Shown here: piece after piece, positions 17,919-26,720 of the stretch
How the letters are laid out: each line of letters opens with the position of its first letter
Numbering within the stretch: position 1 is the stretch's first letter
IMG/VR virus record: IMGVR_UViG_3300037502_002621
Span: 577-64,576 of that record
Reading direction: 5' to 3' (one strand)
Source: a virus
Lineage: Duplodnaviria; Caudoviricetes
Length of the DNA: 64,000 nucleotides
The notes under the pieces: model-generated
The model's input: the letters and a program-made list of their open reading frames with translations, nothing else
Databases searched by the model: none
What the model was told of the DNA's origin: nothing
Made by a program: the position numbers and the translations under genes

Positions 17919-18247
17919 TCTAAAGTCACCTGTGTTTCTTGAACATATGATTTCATTAAATGTCTAATCTTAATATTGCCTTGCTTATACACAAATGTTT
18001 GATTCGTCACTTGAAGCGTTAATCCATCGTGTAAGGTAATTACATCGCCTTTTACGAAATGGTGTTCGCCCCATATACCGATTACACAAGTGGGTTTAAT
18101 CGCTTGACGATTAAATTCGCTTTCAAGCGTCATTGTTAATGGTTGAATAAAGTAATAGAAAAAGCGTTCGACATTGTCGTTATCGGGACTTTGCCATTTA
18201 CCTTCGTAAATATATACTCTACGATCAACTACATTAAACTTAATCAT
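17915..18247 (-). CDS. Putative head-closure protein
   Basis: 110-aa beta-rich ORF, second after capsid. Confidence 0.5.
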   Translation of the reverse strand: MIKFNVVDRRVYIYEGKWQSPDNDNVERFFYYFIQPLTMTLESEFNRQAIKPTCVIGIWGEHHFVKGDVITLHDGLTLQVTNQTFVYKQGNIKIRHLMKSYVQETQVTLE

Positions 18248-18618
18248 TTTTGAAATCCATTTACTTTTTTAAGTTTCAATCTATTAGCAATAACAGAATC
18301 AACTTCTTGCGTAATTGGGTTTTCATCTAAGTTCAATAGATTAAATACAATTAACACTTGGGCATACTTAAAGGACTTTTCTCTATCGGCAATTTTAGTC
18401 GCACTAAACGCAACACCTTCGCTATCTTCGACTAATTTATCGTATATATCGCTTTCAATATCAATATCAGGGTTTAAGTCAAAGATACGAGTGACTAATT
18501 GTTCATATGCCGTATTTAACAACGCACCAACGGCATTATCTTCAAGATAATCTTTGGGAACAATTCCATATTCTTGTAAATCGGTTTCAGTAATAATGTA
18601 ATCTTTTAATGTTGGCAT
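18244..18618 (-). CDS. Putative head-tail adaptor
   Basis: Helical ~124-aa ORF directly after capsid; ATG start matches B. Confidence 0.55.
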   Translation of the reverse strand: MPTLKDYIITETDLQEYGIVPKDYLEDNAVGALLNTAYEQLVTRIFDLNPDIDIESDIYDKLVEDSEGVAFSATKIADREKSFKYAQVLIVFNLLNLDENPITQEVDSVIANRLKLKKVNGFQK

Positions 18619-18626
18619 ATTCAAGT

Positions 18627-18650
18627 CCTACCTATATGTAATTATATCAT
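18627..18650 (-). promoter_or_regulatory. Extended -10 promoter + RBS motif
   Basis: ATGATATAATTACATATAGGTAGG. Confidence 0.6.
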
Positions 18651-18661
18651 TTATAAAAAAC

Positions 18662-18690
18662 AAAAAAGGTTGTCTTACGACAACCCTTTT
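18662..18690. terminator. Bidirectional intrinsic terminator after capsid gene
   Basis: AAAAAA-GGTTGTC-TTAC-GACAACC-CTTTT. Confidence 0.85.
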
Positions 18691-18714
18691 GTTATAATTA
18701 AAGTTTTAATTTAA

Positions 18715-19584
18715 TTAGGCTGCGGCTTCGGTGAATTTCATCGCATAAGAGTCGATGACTAAGATTGAAGGTTCAGAGCCGTGTGCTAATGGCAAGACTA
18801 ATTCGCCTTGAACACGCACACCAATAAAGCCTTCTGCTTCAACAGTTCTTAATGCTTGGAGAGCATATGGGAACGCAACACCTTCGTAGTTTAACAGAAT
18901 GAAATCAACACCAGACACATGTTGGGAAACCACAACATTTAGACCGAATAATTGACCGATAGTGCCGGGCAACACACCTTGTCCATTAAATAAATCTTTG
19001 AACGAAGCGTCTTGTCTTAATAACTTTTCACCAGCCGTTCCAAGAACGATCGTGGTTGGGACAATACCATTCGTTGCGTTAGAGAAACTGGTATCAACAG
19101 TTCCGTCAATCTTAGCAGACGAACCAAGTTTGAATGTAGCAATACCTTCTGCGATGGCATCAACTAAGTCTAAACCATTCGTATAGGTTTTTGCTTGGGC
19201 AAGTCCGAGCAACGCAGTATAGAACAATTCCCCTGCTTTGTTTGCCATTCTTAACGCACCTTTAGCAACAACATCAGCAACGATGTCGGCTTGGATTGTG
19301 TCGATAGCGACTTGTGGGACTTTTTCATCGAACTTAATGTTTCTTTCTAAGACGATGGTTGCTTTCTTAGTTCCGACATTGGAAGTTCCAAAGTCATCAC
19401 CAGCAGTTCCTACTTCGACAGCAGGAGCAAGGTTATACCAAAATTCGGCAACATTTGCTTGGATTAAACCAGCGAGTTCGGGCTTAACGGTGACACCACC
19501 GATAATCCCTGAGATTGGGGCGATCGTTTGTAATACGACATTAGTCGCAACGGTATCGCCTAAATATGATTTTGAGAATGCCAT
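18715..19584 (-). CDS. Major capsid protein
   Basis: 289 aa after scaffold; GTIGQLFGLNVVVS motif typical of HK97-fold capsids; followed by terminator. Confidence 0.8.
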   Translation of the reverse strand: MAFSKSYLGDTVATNVVLQTIAPISGIIGGVTVKPELAGLIQANVAEFWYNLAPAVEVGTAGDDFGTSNVGTKKATIVLERNIKFDEKVPQVAIDTIQADIVADVVAKGALRMANKAGELFYTALLGLAQAKTYTNGLDLVDAIAEGIATFKLGSSAKIDGTVDTSFSNATNGIVPTTIVLGTAGEKLLRQDASFKDLFNGQGVLPGTIGQLFGLNVVVSQHVSGVDFILLNYEGVAFPYALQALRTVEAEGFIGVRVQGELVLPLAHGSEPSILVIDSYAMKFTEAAA

Positions 19585-19609
19585 AGTTGTTTAGTCCTCT
19601 TTTTACTTT

Positions 19610-20173
19610 CTACTTCTTCAACAAGTTCCGTAAATGTGGGTATTTCGAGATTAACCTCGCATAGACATCAGCATTTGGACTCGTTGTGGTTGGCGATTTG
19701 GGTGCTGTGCCAACAACAGCCGATTTAGTCGTTTCTTTCATATATTCCGAATATTCTTTTTTCAATGTTTTCACGACCGATTCAATTTGGTCAGGTTCAG
19801 CATTGACTAAGCGACTATCGTTTTGAAAGAAACTTGGTAGTTCCGATTTTTGAAGTTGGTCTTTAATCAGGAATTGCTTTTTCTCAGTTTTTAGAGTGTT
19901 CAATTCGCTATTGATCGCAGTCCATTTTTCTTCTTGCTCGGCTTTGAGTGCTTCTTCGGCAGTCATTTTCGCCTTAGCGAGTTGTTTTTCAAACTTTTCT
20001 CGTTCGGCTTTTGACGCTTTATTCACTCGTTCGTCAATCGAACCTTTGATAGCGTCTAACTCACGCTTTAACGCTTCGTATTCTTCGACATTGACGGATT
20101 TTGGTGTTTCCACCTTTGGTTGCTCAACGGATTTCGCTTCGCCACCACTAACTGCTTTGACTTCTTCTGCCAT
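19610..20173 (-). CDS. Capsid scaffolding protein (DUF4355/GP20-like)
   Basis: Charged coiled coil with KMTAEE motif and Pro/Thr tail, between portal and capsid. Confidence 0.8.
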   Translation of the reverse strand: MAEEVKAVSGGEAKSVEQPKVETPKSVNVEEYEALKRELDAIKGSIDERVNKASKAEREKFEKQLAKAKMTAEEALKAEQEEKWTAINSELNTLKTEKKQFLIKDQLQKSELPSFFQNDSRLVNAEPDQIESVVKTLKKEYSEYMKETTKSAVVGTAPKSPTTTSPNADVYARLISKYPHLRNLLKK

Positions 20174-20186
20174 AAAACCTCTTTTC

Positions 20187-20254
20187 TACCTTGTTTAGCG
20201 AGTTGGTGTCCTCGTTTTGGCAATTCTCACGCTTTAACGACATCGTGGCAGTCG
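20187..20254 (-). promoter_or_regulatory. Structured 5' leader of scaffold gene (two pseudoknot-like units)
   Basis: CGAC-loop-GTCG-TTAAAG-CGTG and CGAG-loop-CTCG-CTAAACAA-GGT. Confidence 0.5.
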
Positions 20255-20356
20255 ATAATGTAAAAGATTTACACTACAAGAAAATAATACCATATATTTT
20301 CAAGCACTTTTTCACAACTCTTGTAAATTACAAACAACTATGTTAAAATGTAAAAT

Positions 20357-21859
20357 TTATTCTTCTGGATTAACTAAGTCTTGTGCTTGACCACGAGTAA
20401 AGTTGGTTTGATTATCTTGTGAATCTTGGTTTGCTAACGCTTCTTGTTGTCTTTGGAAGTTCGTTGGGTTATTACCACCATTACGCAACATTTCGGCTTG
20501 TTGATTTGGCGATGGTTCGACATCATTGAGATATTCGTCAATGTTTCTCACCCACGATAATTGTTGGATCGCATAGCGTTTGTTCAATAATCCGATTTGG
20601 TTTAATGCCACGAATTGGTTAATCTTGTCCATATCGTTGCTTGGTAGATTATGCGAATATTCAATTTCCATTTCGTCCATATTAAACAAATAGCGTGTGC
20701 CTTCACGACCACCATATTGTTCTACAAAGGTTAGCGTTAAGAAAATAACTTCGGAAAGACTTGCTGTAAATTGTCTTTCTTTTTCTTTTGCTAAGTCTAA
20801 GAAGCCTTTAAGTTTTAATTTCAACGCAGGTTCGGAACTATTTTGTGCAAACTCGGCAGAATTAAAATTTGGAACACGAGAAACCATTTCGATTTGTTCA
20901 TTCAAGTCATCAACCAAGCGTTGTAAGTCCGTTTGGTCTAATGCGTTTTGTAAAAACTTTGCGTCAGCGTTATCGCCTTCGAGTGCTAATACTCTTTGGT
21001 TCTTTAACATGTTGATAAAATTTTCTTGTTCGGTTTCATTACCAATGCGAACATTCTTTAACATCAACACATACTTGACCATATCATCGACATTCGTAAT
21101 CCGATTGTTTTGTAGCGAGTTGTAAGCGTCAATCAATTCATACACTGGTCTTGCGTCACCATACATCAATTCGTTGTTCTTGAATTCGATTAACGGAACA
21201 AACGCAAAGTTGTGTGGCACAGCAAATTCTATCAGTTGTAAATCGGCAGTCGTGCCAGTCATATCGGCAAACACTGTTAAATCCGTAATGGACTTCGTGC
21301 GTAAATTATAAAACATTGTGTCGGTATAAACATAAGCACGATAATATGCTGTTTCGATATTGTTTAAGTATTCGGTTTGTCTAACAAGTGTAAAAGCAAA
21401 TAATGGTTTTGGTTTTACATGCGTATCATAAACAACATTCGTTAATTCTGGGTCAAGCGAAACAAAGCGTGGGAATGTATCGCCTTGTTCGGTATATAGC
21501 AATAAATACCCAGCACCAGCAATCGAAGCGTTTAATCCGACATTGTAAAATTCTTTTGCGAAACCACTATTGCGAATCTTTTTATTGAACTCAAATAATT
21601 TCTTGCGTTCTTTTTCTTTTTCGGAATAAGTCGTGAAGTCAGGCAATTCACCAATAAACATTTCGGTTGCCATGTCGCAAATATATTTTGCTTTATTGAT
21701 TGTGTGAGTAGAAACTGGTAATTCACCACGATAATATTTTTTATCTTTGGTGACGGTTTGAATTACATCAATCGTGTGTTGTTGTAATGCTAAACGCAAA
21801 ATCTCATTAAACCGATTTTGGTCTTGTAGTTCTTCTCGGCTTACATTAAGTTTAATCAT
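20357..21859 (-). CDS. Portal protein, SPP1 Gp6-like
   Basis: 500 aa; NKAKYICD..F.G, HNFAFVPLIEFKNN, LIDAYN, F..NSS..ALKLK motifs. Confidence 0.9.
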   Translation of the reverse strand: MIKLNVSREELQDQNRFNEILRLALQQHTIDVIQTVTKDKKYYRGELPVSTHTINKAKYICDMATEMFIGELPDFTTYSEKEKERKKLFEFNKKIRNSGFAKEFYNVGLNASIAGAGYLLLYTEQGDTFPRFVSLDPELTNVVYDTHVKPKPLFAFTLVRQTEYLNNIETAYYRAYVYTDTMFYNLRTKSITDLTVFADMTGTTADLQLIEFAVPHNFAFVPLIEFKNNELMYGDARPVYELIDAYNSLQNNRITNVDDMVKYVLMLKNVRIGNETEQENFINMLKNQRVLALEGDNADAKFLQNALDQTDLQRLVDDLNEQIEMVSRVPNFNSAEFAQNSSEPALKLKLKGFLDLAKEKERQFTASLSEVIFLTLTFVEQYGGREGTRYLFNMDEMEIEYSHNLPSNDMDKINQFVALNQIGLLNKRYAIQQLSWVRNIDEYLNDVEPSPNQQAEMLRNGGNNPTNFQRQQEALANQDSQDNQTNFTRGQAQDLVNPEE

Positions 21860-23487
21860 ATTTTTATATTCGCACCCCTAAATGCCTTGTTAATTCTTTC
21901 AATGTTGCTACCTAATAAGATTTTACCACTATTTACATAGCGTATTTCGTTAAGGTATTGAGTTGTGCTATCTACTTCGTCATCGTGGTCGGAATTTGGG
22001 AATCGCATAAACTCTTGAATGTAGTCCTCGATAGTTGGGTCAAGTTGTTCGTGTGGAACAAAAATGTTTCCTGCTTCAAAGTAAGGTGTGATAGCACTTG
22101 CTCTTTGAACTTTGGATTCATCAGGGTTAATCGCAACGACACCACCGACTTCTTTGTTTAGCGTTTCTATGACTGCCCCACCGTTTGCTCTCTTTTCAAT
22201 ATAAATTCTTCGAGCCGTTGGGTAAGTGACTGCCATTTGCTTAATCATCTCGATGGTTTCGGTAAAACTCATTCTGCGTTTGACTCTTTTTAGCAGATAA
22301 TGGTTCGCACCTTTGCGTCCCCAAACTTGTCCTGCCACATAGTCGGAAGTCTTTTTGTTATCGACTGCCAAGTCCCACGACTGCACAACTTCATCAAACA
22401 CAGTGGGTAAATCGCTCTTGGTGTAAAACTTAAACATATGCCGTTGGAACAAGTTGCCGTTCTCAATACTGGGTTTGCCCATATACAAAGAGTTCCACAC
22501 ACGCTTACCAACCGACTTGTAAGTTGCTTCTGCCCATTGTGCGTCACGACCCAACTCTGGACATAGCATTTCGCCTTTGGAACGCTTTAAGACATCGAAA
22601 CCACCATCGGCAACTTCGGGTATGTTAATCACAATCCAGTTTTGTTCTTTGGACAATTTACCAATCAAATCTTCTTCATGCCAACGAGTATGGATCACAA
22701 TGATTGCGTTGCCCTTGCCTTCGGCTCGTGTTAGCACAGAGTCACGAAACATCGTTTCGACATTATCTCGTATCGTAGGGTTATACGCTTCTTGACCATT
22801 CTTGTATGGGTCATCGACAATAATCAAGCGACCACCATTACCCGTAATACCACCCGTGATACCAACGGACATAATGCCACCACGATTGCCCTTGACTTCA
22901 AACAAGGATTTGTTATCTTGGGAAGGTGATATGTCCAAGTTCCATAGTTCTTTCCAATACTTCTTTGCCTTTTGACGATTCTTGTCGCCAAAGCGTTCGG
23001 CTAATTCCGAGTTATATGCTGTTAAAATTGCCATCGAGTTAGGATTACGACCGACAAACCAACTTGGTAATGTTTCCGTAAAGGTATAAGACTTACCAAC
23101 TCGTGGTGGAACGCTTAAACAAATGCGAACGGATTTACCTGCTTCGACTTTGGTGACGACATCTTGGACGACATTTGCTAAAAATTGATGAAACTTAGTG
23201 GGAATGAATCCTGGGATTGTATATCTTAAATAATCCAAATAAGATATTCTCGCATTTTCTTTTTCAAGTTCTTTGCGATAGATTTGTAGATTCTCTTCGG
23301 GTATTGCCTTACGGAACTCTAACAATTTCTTAATGCGATCATCGTCAATGATATTGTTCTTAACCTTGACTTTGTCAATTTCGGTCTTTGTCTTTAAGAT
23401 AGACAAATCATTCTCGACTTCTTGCTTTTCGGAATCAATTAAAGCCTTTGCCAATTTAGATTCTAAGTCATTACTTTTTTTTGGCAT
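21856..23487 (-). CDS. terL: Terminase large subunit
   Basis: PPRVGKS Walker A, LIIVDDP Walker B, TRWHEEDL, SWDLA and HDDEVD nuclease motifs. Confidence 0.95.
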   Translation of the reverse strand: MPKKSNDLESKLAKALIDSEKQEVENDLSILKTKTEIDKVKVKNNIIDDDRIKKLLEFRKAIPEENLQIYRKELEKENARISYLDYLRYTIPGFIPTKFHQFLANVVQDVVTKVEAGKSVRICLSVPPRVGKSYTFTETLPSWFVGRNPNSMAILTAYNSELAERFGDKNRQKAKKYWKELWNLDISPSQDNKSLFEVKGNRGGIMSVGITGGITGNGGRLIIVDDPYKNGQEAYNPTIRDNVETMFRDSVLTRAEGKGNAIIVIHTRWHEEDLIGKLSKEQNWIVINIPEVADGGFDVLKRSKGEMLCPELGRDAQWAEATYKSVGKRVWNSLYMGKPSIENGNLFQRHMFKFYTKSDLPTVFDEVVQSWDLAVDNKKTSDYVAGQVWGRKGANHYLLKRVKRRMSFTETIEMIKQMAVTYPTARRIYIEKRANGGAVIETLNKEVGGVVAINPDESKVQRASAITPYFEAGNIFVPHEQLDPTIEDYIQEFMRFPNSDHDDEVDSTTQYLNEIRYVNSGKILLGSNIERINKAFRGANIKI

Positions 23488-23707
23488 GTTCTCGGCTACT
23501 TTCTGGTGGGTTTATTTCACACGCACCATCATCACAAGCAACTTCATGTTCATAATGCGTTGCTTCAATGAGACAACCACACTTGACGCATTTAGCATAT
23601 TCCACATCGCCTTTGACGAATGGGACAAAATCGACGCTATCACACTTAGGACATTTAGTCGTTTCAGGTGGCAAATAGACAACGGTATATTTCGTATTAC
23701 TTTTCAT
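23471..23707 (-). CDS. Small zinc-ribbon protein
   Basis: CPKC..CVKC plus C-terminal ACDDGACEI; likely start MKSNTK after GGAGG. Confidence 0.65.
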   Translation of the reverse strand: MKSNTKYTVVYLPPETTKCPKCDSVDFVPFVKGDVEYAKCVKCGCLIEATHYEHEVACDDGACEINPPESSREHAKKK

Positions 23708-24287
23708 CGTGTATAACCTCCCCAGTTTGGGTATCGACAATCGGTGCTTCACGCTTCTTCACTTCCAAAGTCTTAATGGTTTCATTCTTTTCAATGATCA
23801 TCAAAGCCTTCTTGTCGGCTTCGCTTAACGACTCGAACATCTTGGCATAATCATTTTGTTCGGACTTGGCAATATTCTTTCCATAGGTCTGTGGCACTTG
23901 ATTCTCCAGTAAGAACTTTAAGGCATTGAATCTCACATTGGGTGGTATCTCTTCTTCCAACCAAACAGGTTCGCCCTCTTTGTTTAGAATTTGTCTTTTG
24001 GTTGTTTGCTTACCCATCGCCATTTCATACATCGACATCGACAGTAGGGTATTGGCAAACTCTTTGCCCTTGACGAACGCACCCAATACCTCAGGGTATT
24101 TAACTGTCAGTTCGTCCCATTCCTTTTTGGACAGTGTTAAGAATTTAGCAATTTCAGCACTGGACTTACCAGAAGTTGCCCACATATAGACATTTGCTAC
24201 CGTTTGTTTAATCACATTCGGTGTTGATTCGTCCGTATGAGTCGCAACAAAATCATGTGCCATATTTGATACAATCTTTTTAGCCAT
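23697..24287 (-). CDS. terS: Terminase small subunit (putative)
   Basis: N-terminal HTH (GKSSAEIAKFL), YPE..A...GKE.A..SMYEMA.G and IPPN..ALKFLLEN pattern; upstream of terL. Confidence 0.75.
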   Translation of the reverse strand: MAKKIVSNMAHDFVATHTDESTPNVIKQTVANVYMWATSGKSSAEIAKFLTLSKKEWDELTVKYPEVLGAFVKGKEFANTLLSMSMYEMAMGKQTTKRQILNKEGEPVWLEEEIPPNVRFNALKFLLENQVPQTYGKNIAKSEQNDYAKMFESLSEADKKALMIIEKNETIKTLEVKKREAPIVDTQTGEVIHDEK

Positions 24288-24454
24288 TCAAAAAACCCCA
24301 TTTCATCGACATATTCAAATTATACCATAAAAAAACATATACCCCCATTAAATCCCATATTATTCTTAAAGCACATTCAAAACCCATTGTTTTGTTTATA
24401 GAAATTTTTAATTCTTTTAGATAAATACCCCATCGTTTATATAAGTGGGGGGTA

Positions 24455-24720
24455 GTTATATATAATATATGTATATATAATTATATACATAAATATTATG
24501 TATTTAAGTAAGATATATATCTAACATATATAACATATATAATCATATACTACATATATAACTAATATAATCATATAAATACATATAACATCTATAATCA
24601 TATACTAATGTATACACATATAATATCATATAAAGAAGATTACTTCTTTAAGTAGTATTAAATACTATGTATATTATATAATCTTTGATTGCTAACAATG
24701 ACTTTGGTATTGGCTAACAT
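24455..24720. repeat. AT-rich repeat site 2 (origin-like)
   Basis: Three ATATAACnnnTATAATCATATA units; shares further motifs with site 1. Confidence 0.6.
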
Positions 24721-25372
24721 AAGCATAACTTGACGATGGTCTAAATCTAAAAAACATTGAAAACTTTACGGATTACATTAGGACTCTGTCCCCCATCTTT
24801 CGGTGTGTCTATAATTTGATACCCCACACCCCACCTATTTTCGCTATCATTTTTAGATTGGTTTGTCAATAGGCAAATAAATGCGTGTCTATCGCTACTA
24901 TTTCACACACGCTATAAAATGCCGATTCTATCGCAGTTATTTTACATAGTGTGGATCTTGTGGTTATTATTTAACAACCTCCACATAGTCCCACATAGAA
25001 TGGGCCTCTTATCACAAGTGGGAATAAATGTCAAGCGTTTCCCACCTTGTCCCACTATTGCTACATACCCCCAGGGGTATATTCTTAGCCCTTGTATTCT
25101 ATATCTTGTGAAAACATATTCTATATAATAGCGTTTATAAGTCATTAGACAAGAGAAGAGATATTTTGATATAAACATACCCAATAAGACCTTTCGTTGA
25201 TTATAGGTTATATAAACATATAAAAACGCTATATGGGGTTAATTGATTGCGATACTGTGACAAACAAGAATCAATAGACCCGAATGGGTAGAACTTGGCC
25301 GCGATTGGTTGTTGGTTGCTATTAGTTTAATGATGAAATAAAGAACCCATGTAGATATTTTGATTTTAGGTG

Positions 25373-25400
25373 TTGACATTTTATTTGATAGTGGTATATT
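25373..25400 (+). promoter_or_regulatory. Sigma70-type promoter of unit A cassette
   Basis: TTGACA-16 nt-TATATT with TGn extension and AT-rich upstream. Confidence 0.7.
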
Positions 25401-25449
25401 GATGGTGTCGTTAGTTGCTCTGGGCAAGTGAGAACAAACCCAAAGCGTG

Positions 25450-25463
25450 GATCTTTGAAAACT
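25450..25463 (+). promoter_or_regulatory. rrn-leader-like boxA
   Basis: GATCTTTGAAAACT about 45 nt downstream of the predicted start site. Confidence 0.5.
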
Positions 25464-25527
25464 CAAACCATTATCAATAAATGCTCTTTTATGTTGTGCC
25501 TTTGAATAATTAAAAGGAACAAACAAA

Positions 25528-25887
25528 ATGAGCAAGAACAAAACATTTGAAGACAAGGTTGCAACTATCATTCACGAAATGAATCGCAGTTTATATGACT
25601 TAGGATTGGAAACAAGAATCACAATTCACCCAATCTCGATGAGTTCGTTCGTGGTTGCTTACTCTTCCACAAACAAAGAATCAAAATTCTCTCATCAATT
25701 CATCGAGTCAAATGATATGTCAATGACTTATGCTTTTTTATGGGCCATTGCCTCAAATCTATATTTCTTAGATAGATTTATCAAGGCAAATAAAATTAGT
25801 TTTAACTTCAAAGAAGACAAAATTCAAGCAATGATTCAAAGCAACCTCCAAGCGTTAATCAATCAAAAGACATATTTAATCAAGTAA
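25528..25887 (+). CDS. Hypothetical protein (unit A cassette)
   Basis: 119 aa, AAAGGA RBS, downstream of promoter. Confidence 0.75.
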   Translation: MSKNKTFEDKVATIIHEMNRSLYDLGLETRITIHPISMSSFVVAYSSTNKESKFSHQFIESNDMSMTYAFLWAIASNLYFLDRFIKANKISFNFKEDKIQAMIQSNLQALINQKTYLIK

Positions 25888-25985
25888 AAAAAAGAAAGGC
25901 AAAGGCACAACATATAAGGGCATTTGTTGGTAATCAGTTCGTTCCTTTATGGGTATTTGATACCCAATTAAAGGAGGTTCAACAT

Positions 25986-26354
25986 ATGAACCAATACGAA
26001 GAAGAATTTGTAAAATTGTTTAATGAAAAGATTCAAGAAATTGAATCAATTATGAATCGCAATCACATTGAATTTGATGACTTAATAGAATCATTCAATG
26101 AATTTGCTACTGCGAACGATATGAACGACTATATTATTCATACAAATAATAAGGCCACATGGGACTATCTAAACACCACAAATGATGAAGAAGAGATCCA
26201 AGAAGGAAAATCCGTTGAATCCTTTGACAAGTCAAAACCTTATTTCTTAATTGAATATGACGCATATTTTAGGTCGTTAAATTGTGACGAGTTAATAGAA
26301 CACATTCAAAGTGTATTAGAAGAATCTAAGATATACATCAAAGACAATTTCTAA
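25986..26354 (+). CDS. Acidic hypothetical protein (unit A cassette)
   Basis: 122 aa, strongly D/E rich, AAAGGAGGT RBS. Confidence 0.8.
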   Translation: MNQYEEEFVKLFNEKIQEIESIMNRNHIEFDDLIESFNEFATANDMNDYIIHTNNKATWDYLNTTNDEEEIQEGKSVESFDKSKPYFLIEYDAYFRSLNCDELIEHIQSVLEESKIYIKDNF

Positions 26355-26399
26355 AATGTTATCTAACAAATACCCATAGAAGAACGAACAAAGAAAATT

Positions 26400-26438
26400 A
26401 ACCAAGCGTGATTGAAATCGTGCTTGGTTTTTTTATTT
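26400..26438 (+). terminator. Intrinsic terminator
   Basis: AACCAAGCGTGATT..AATCGTGCTTGGTT followed by T-run. Confidence 0.8.
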
Positions 26439-26653
26439 TGTTTAATCGTTCAACGAATGGAGGCCAGTTATTTATGCGATTTTATAGGATCTTGAGAATG
26501 ATAAAATATAATTTTGATATGAAAACAAAACCAACAAAGGCCAGCCACAATTTAACAAGGAAAAAACCTTAACCCCCCCTAAAAAAAGTGATACCCCCCA
26601 TACAGTCCCATAAATTTTTGTTTCATTTTTGTAATTAAAAATGTTGATTAAAC

Positions 26654-26681
26654 AAAAAACCATTACAAATCCGTAATGGTT
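26654..26681 (-). terminator. Intrinsic terminator ending the early operon
   Basis: AACCATTAC..GTAATGGTT hairpin followed by T-run on minus strand. Confidence 0.75.
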
Positions 26682-26720
26682 CTTAGGATTTTAAGGGTAG
26701 GGGGTATGTTTGATTACAAT

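Noticed and set aside
882-24189. Numerous plus-strand ORFs in the track opposite long genes (e.g. 19238..19594, 19896..20198, 20697..21125) and their B counterparts
   Set aside because: Antisense shadows of real genes; no RBS and atypical composition
24919-25571. Short ORFs 24919..25128, 24942..25184, 25239..25571 (also 26472..26663, 60913..61113)
   Set aside because: No RBS, overlap promoter/repeat DNA, no counterpart in the other unit
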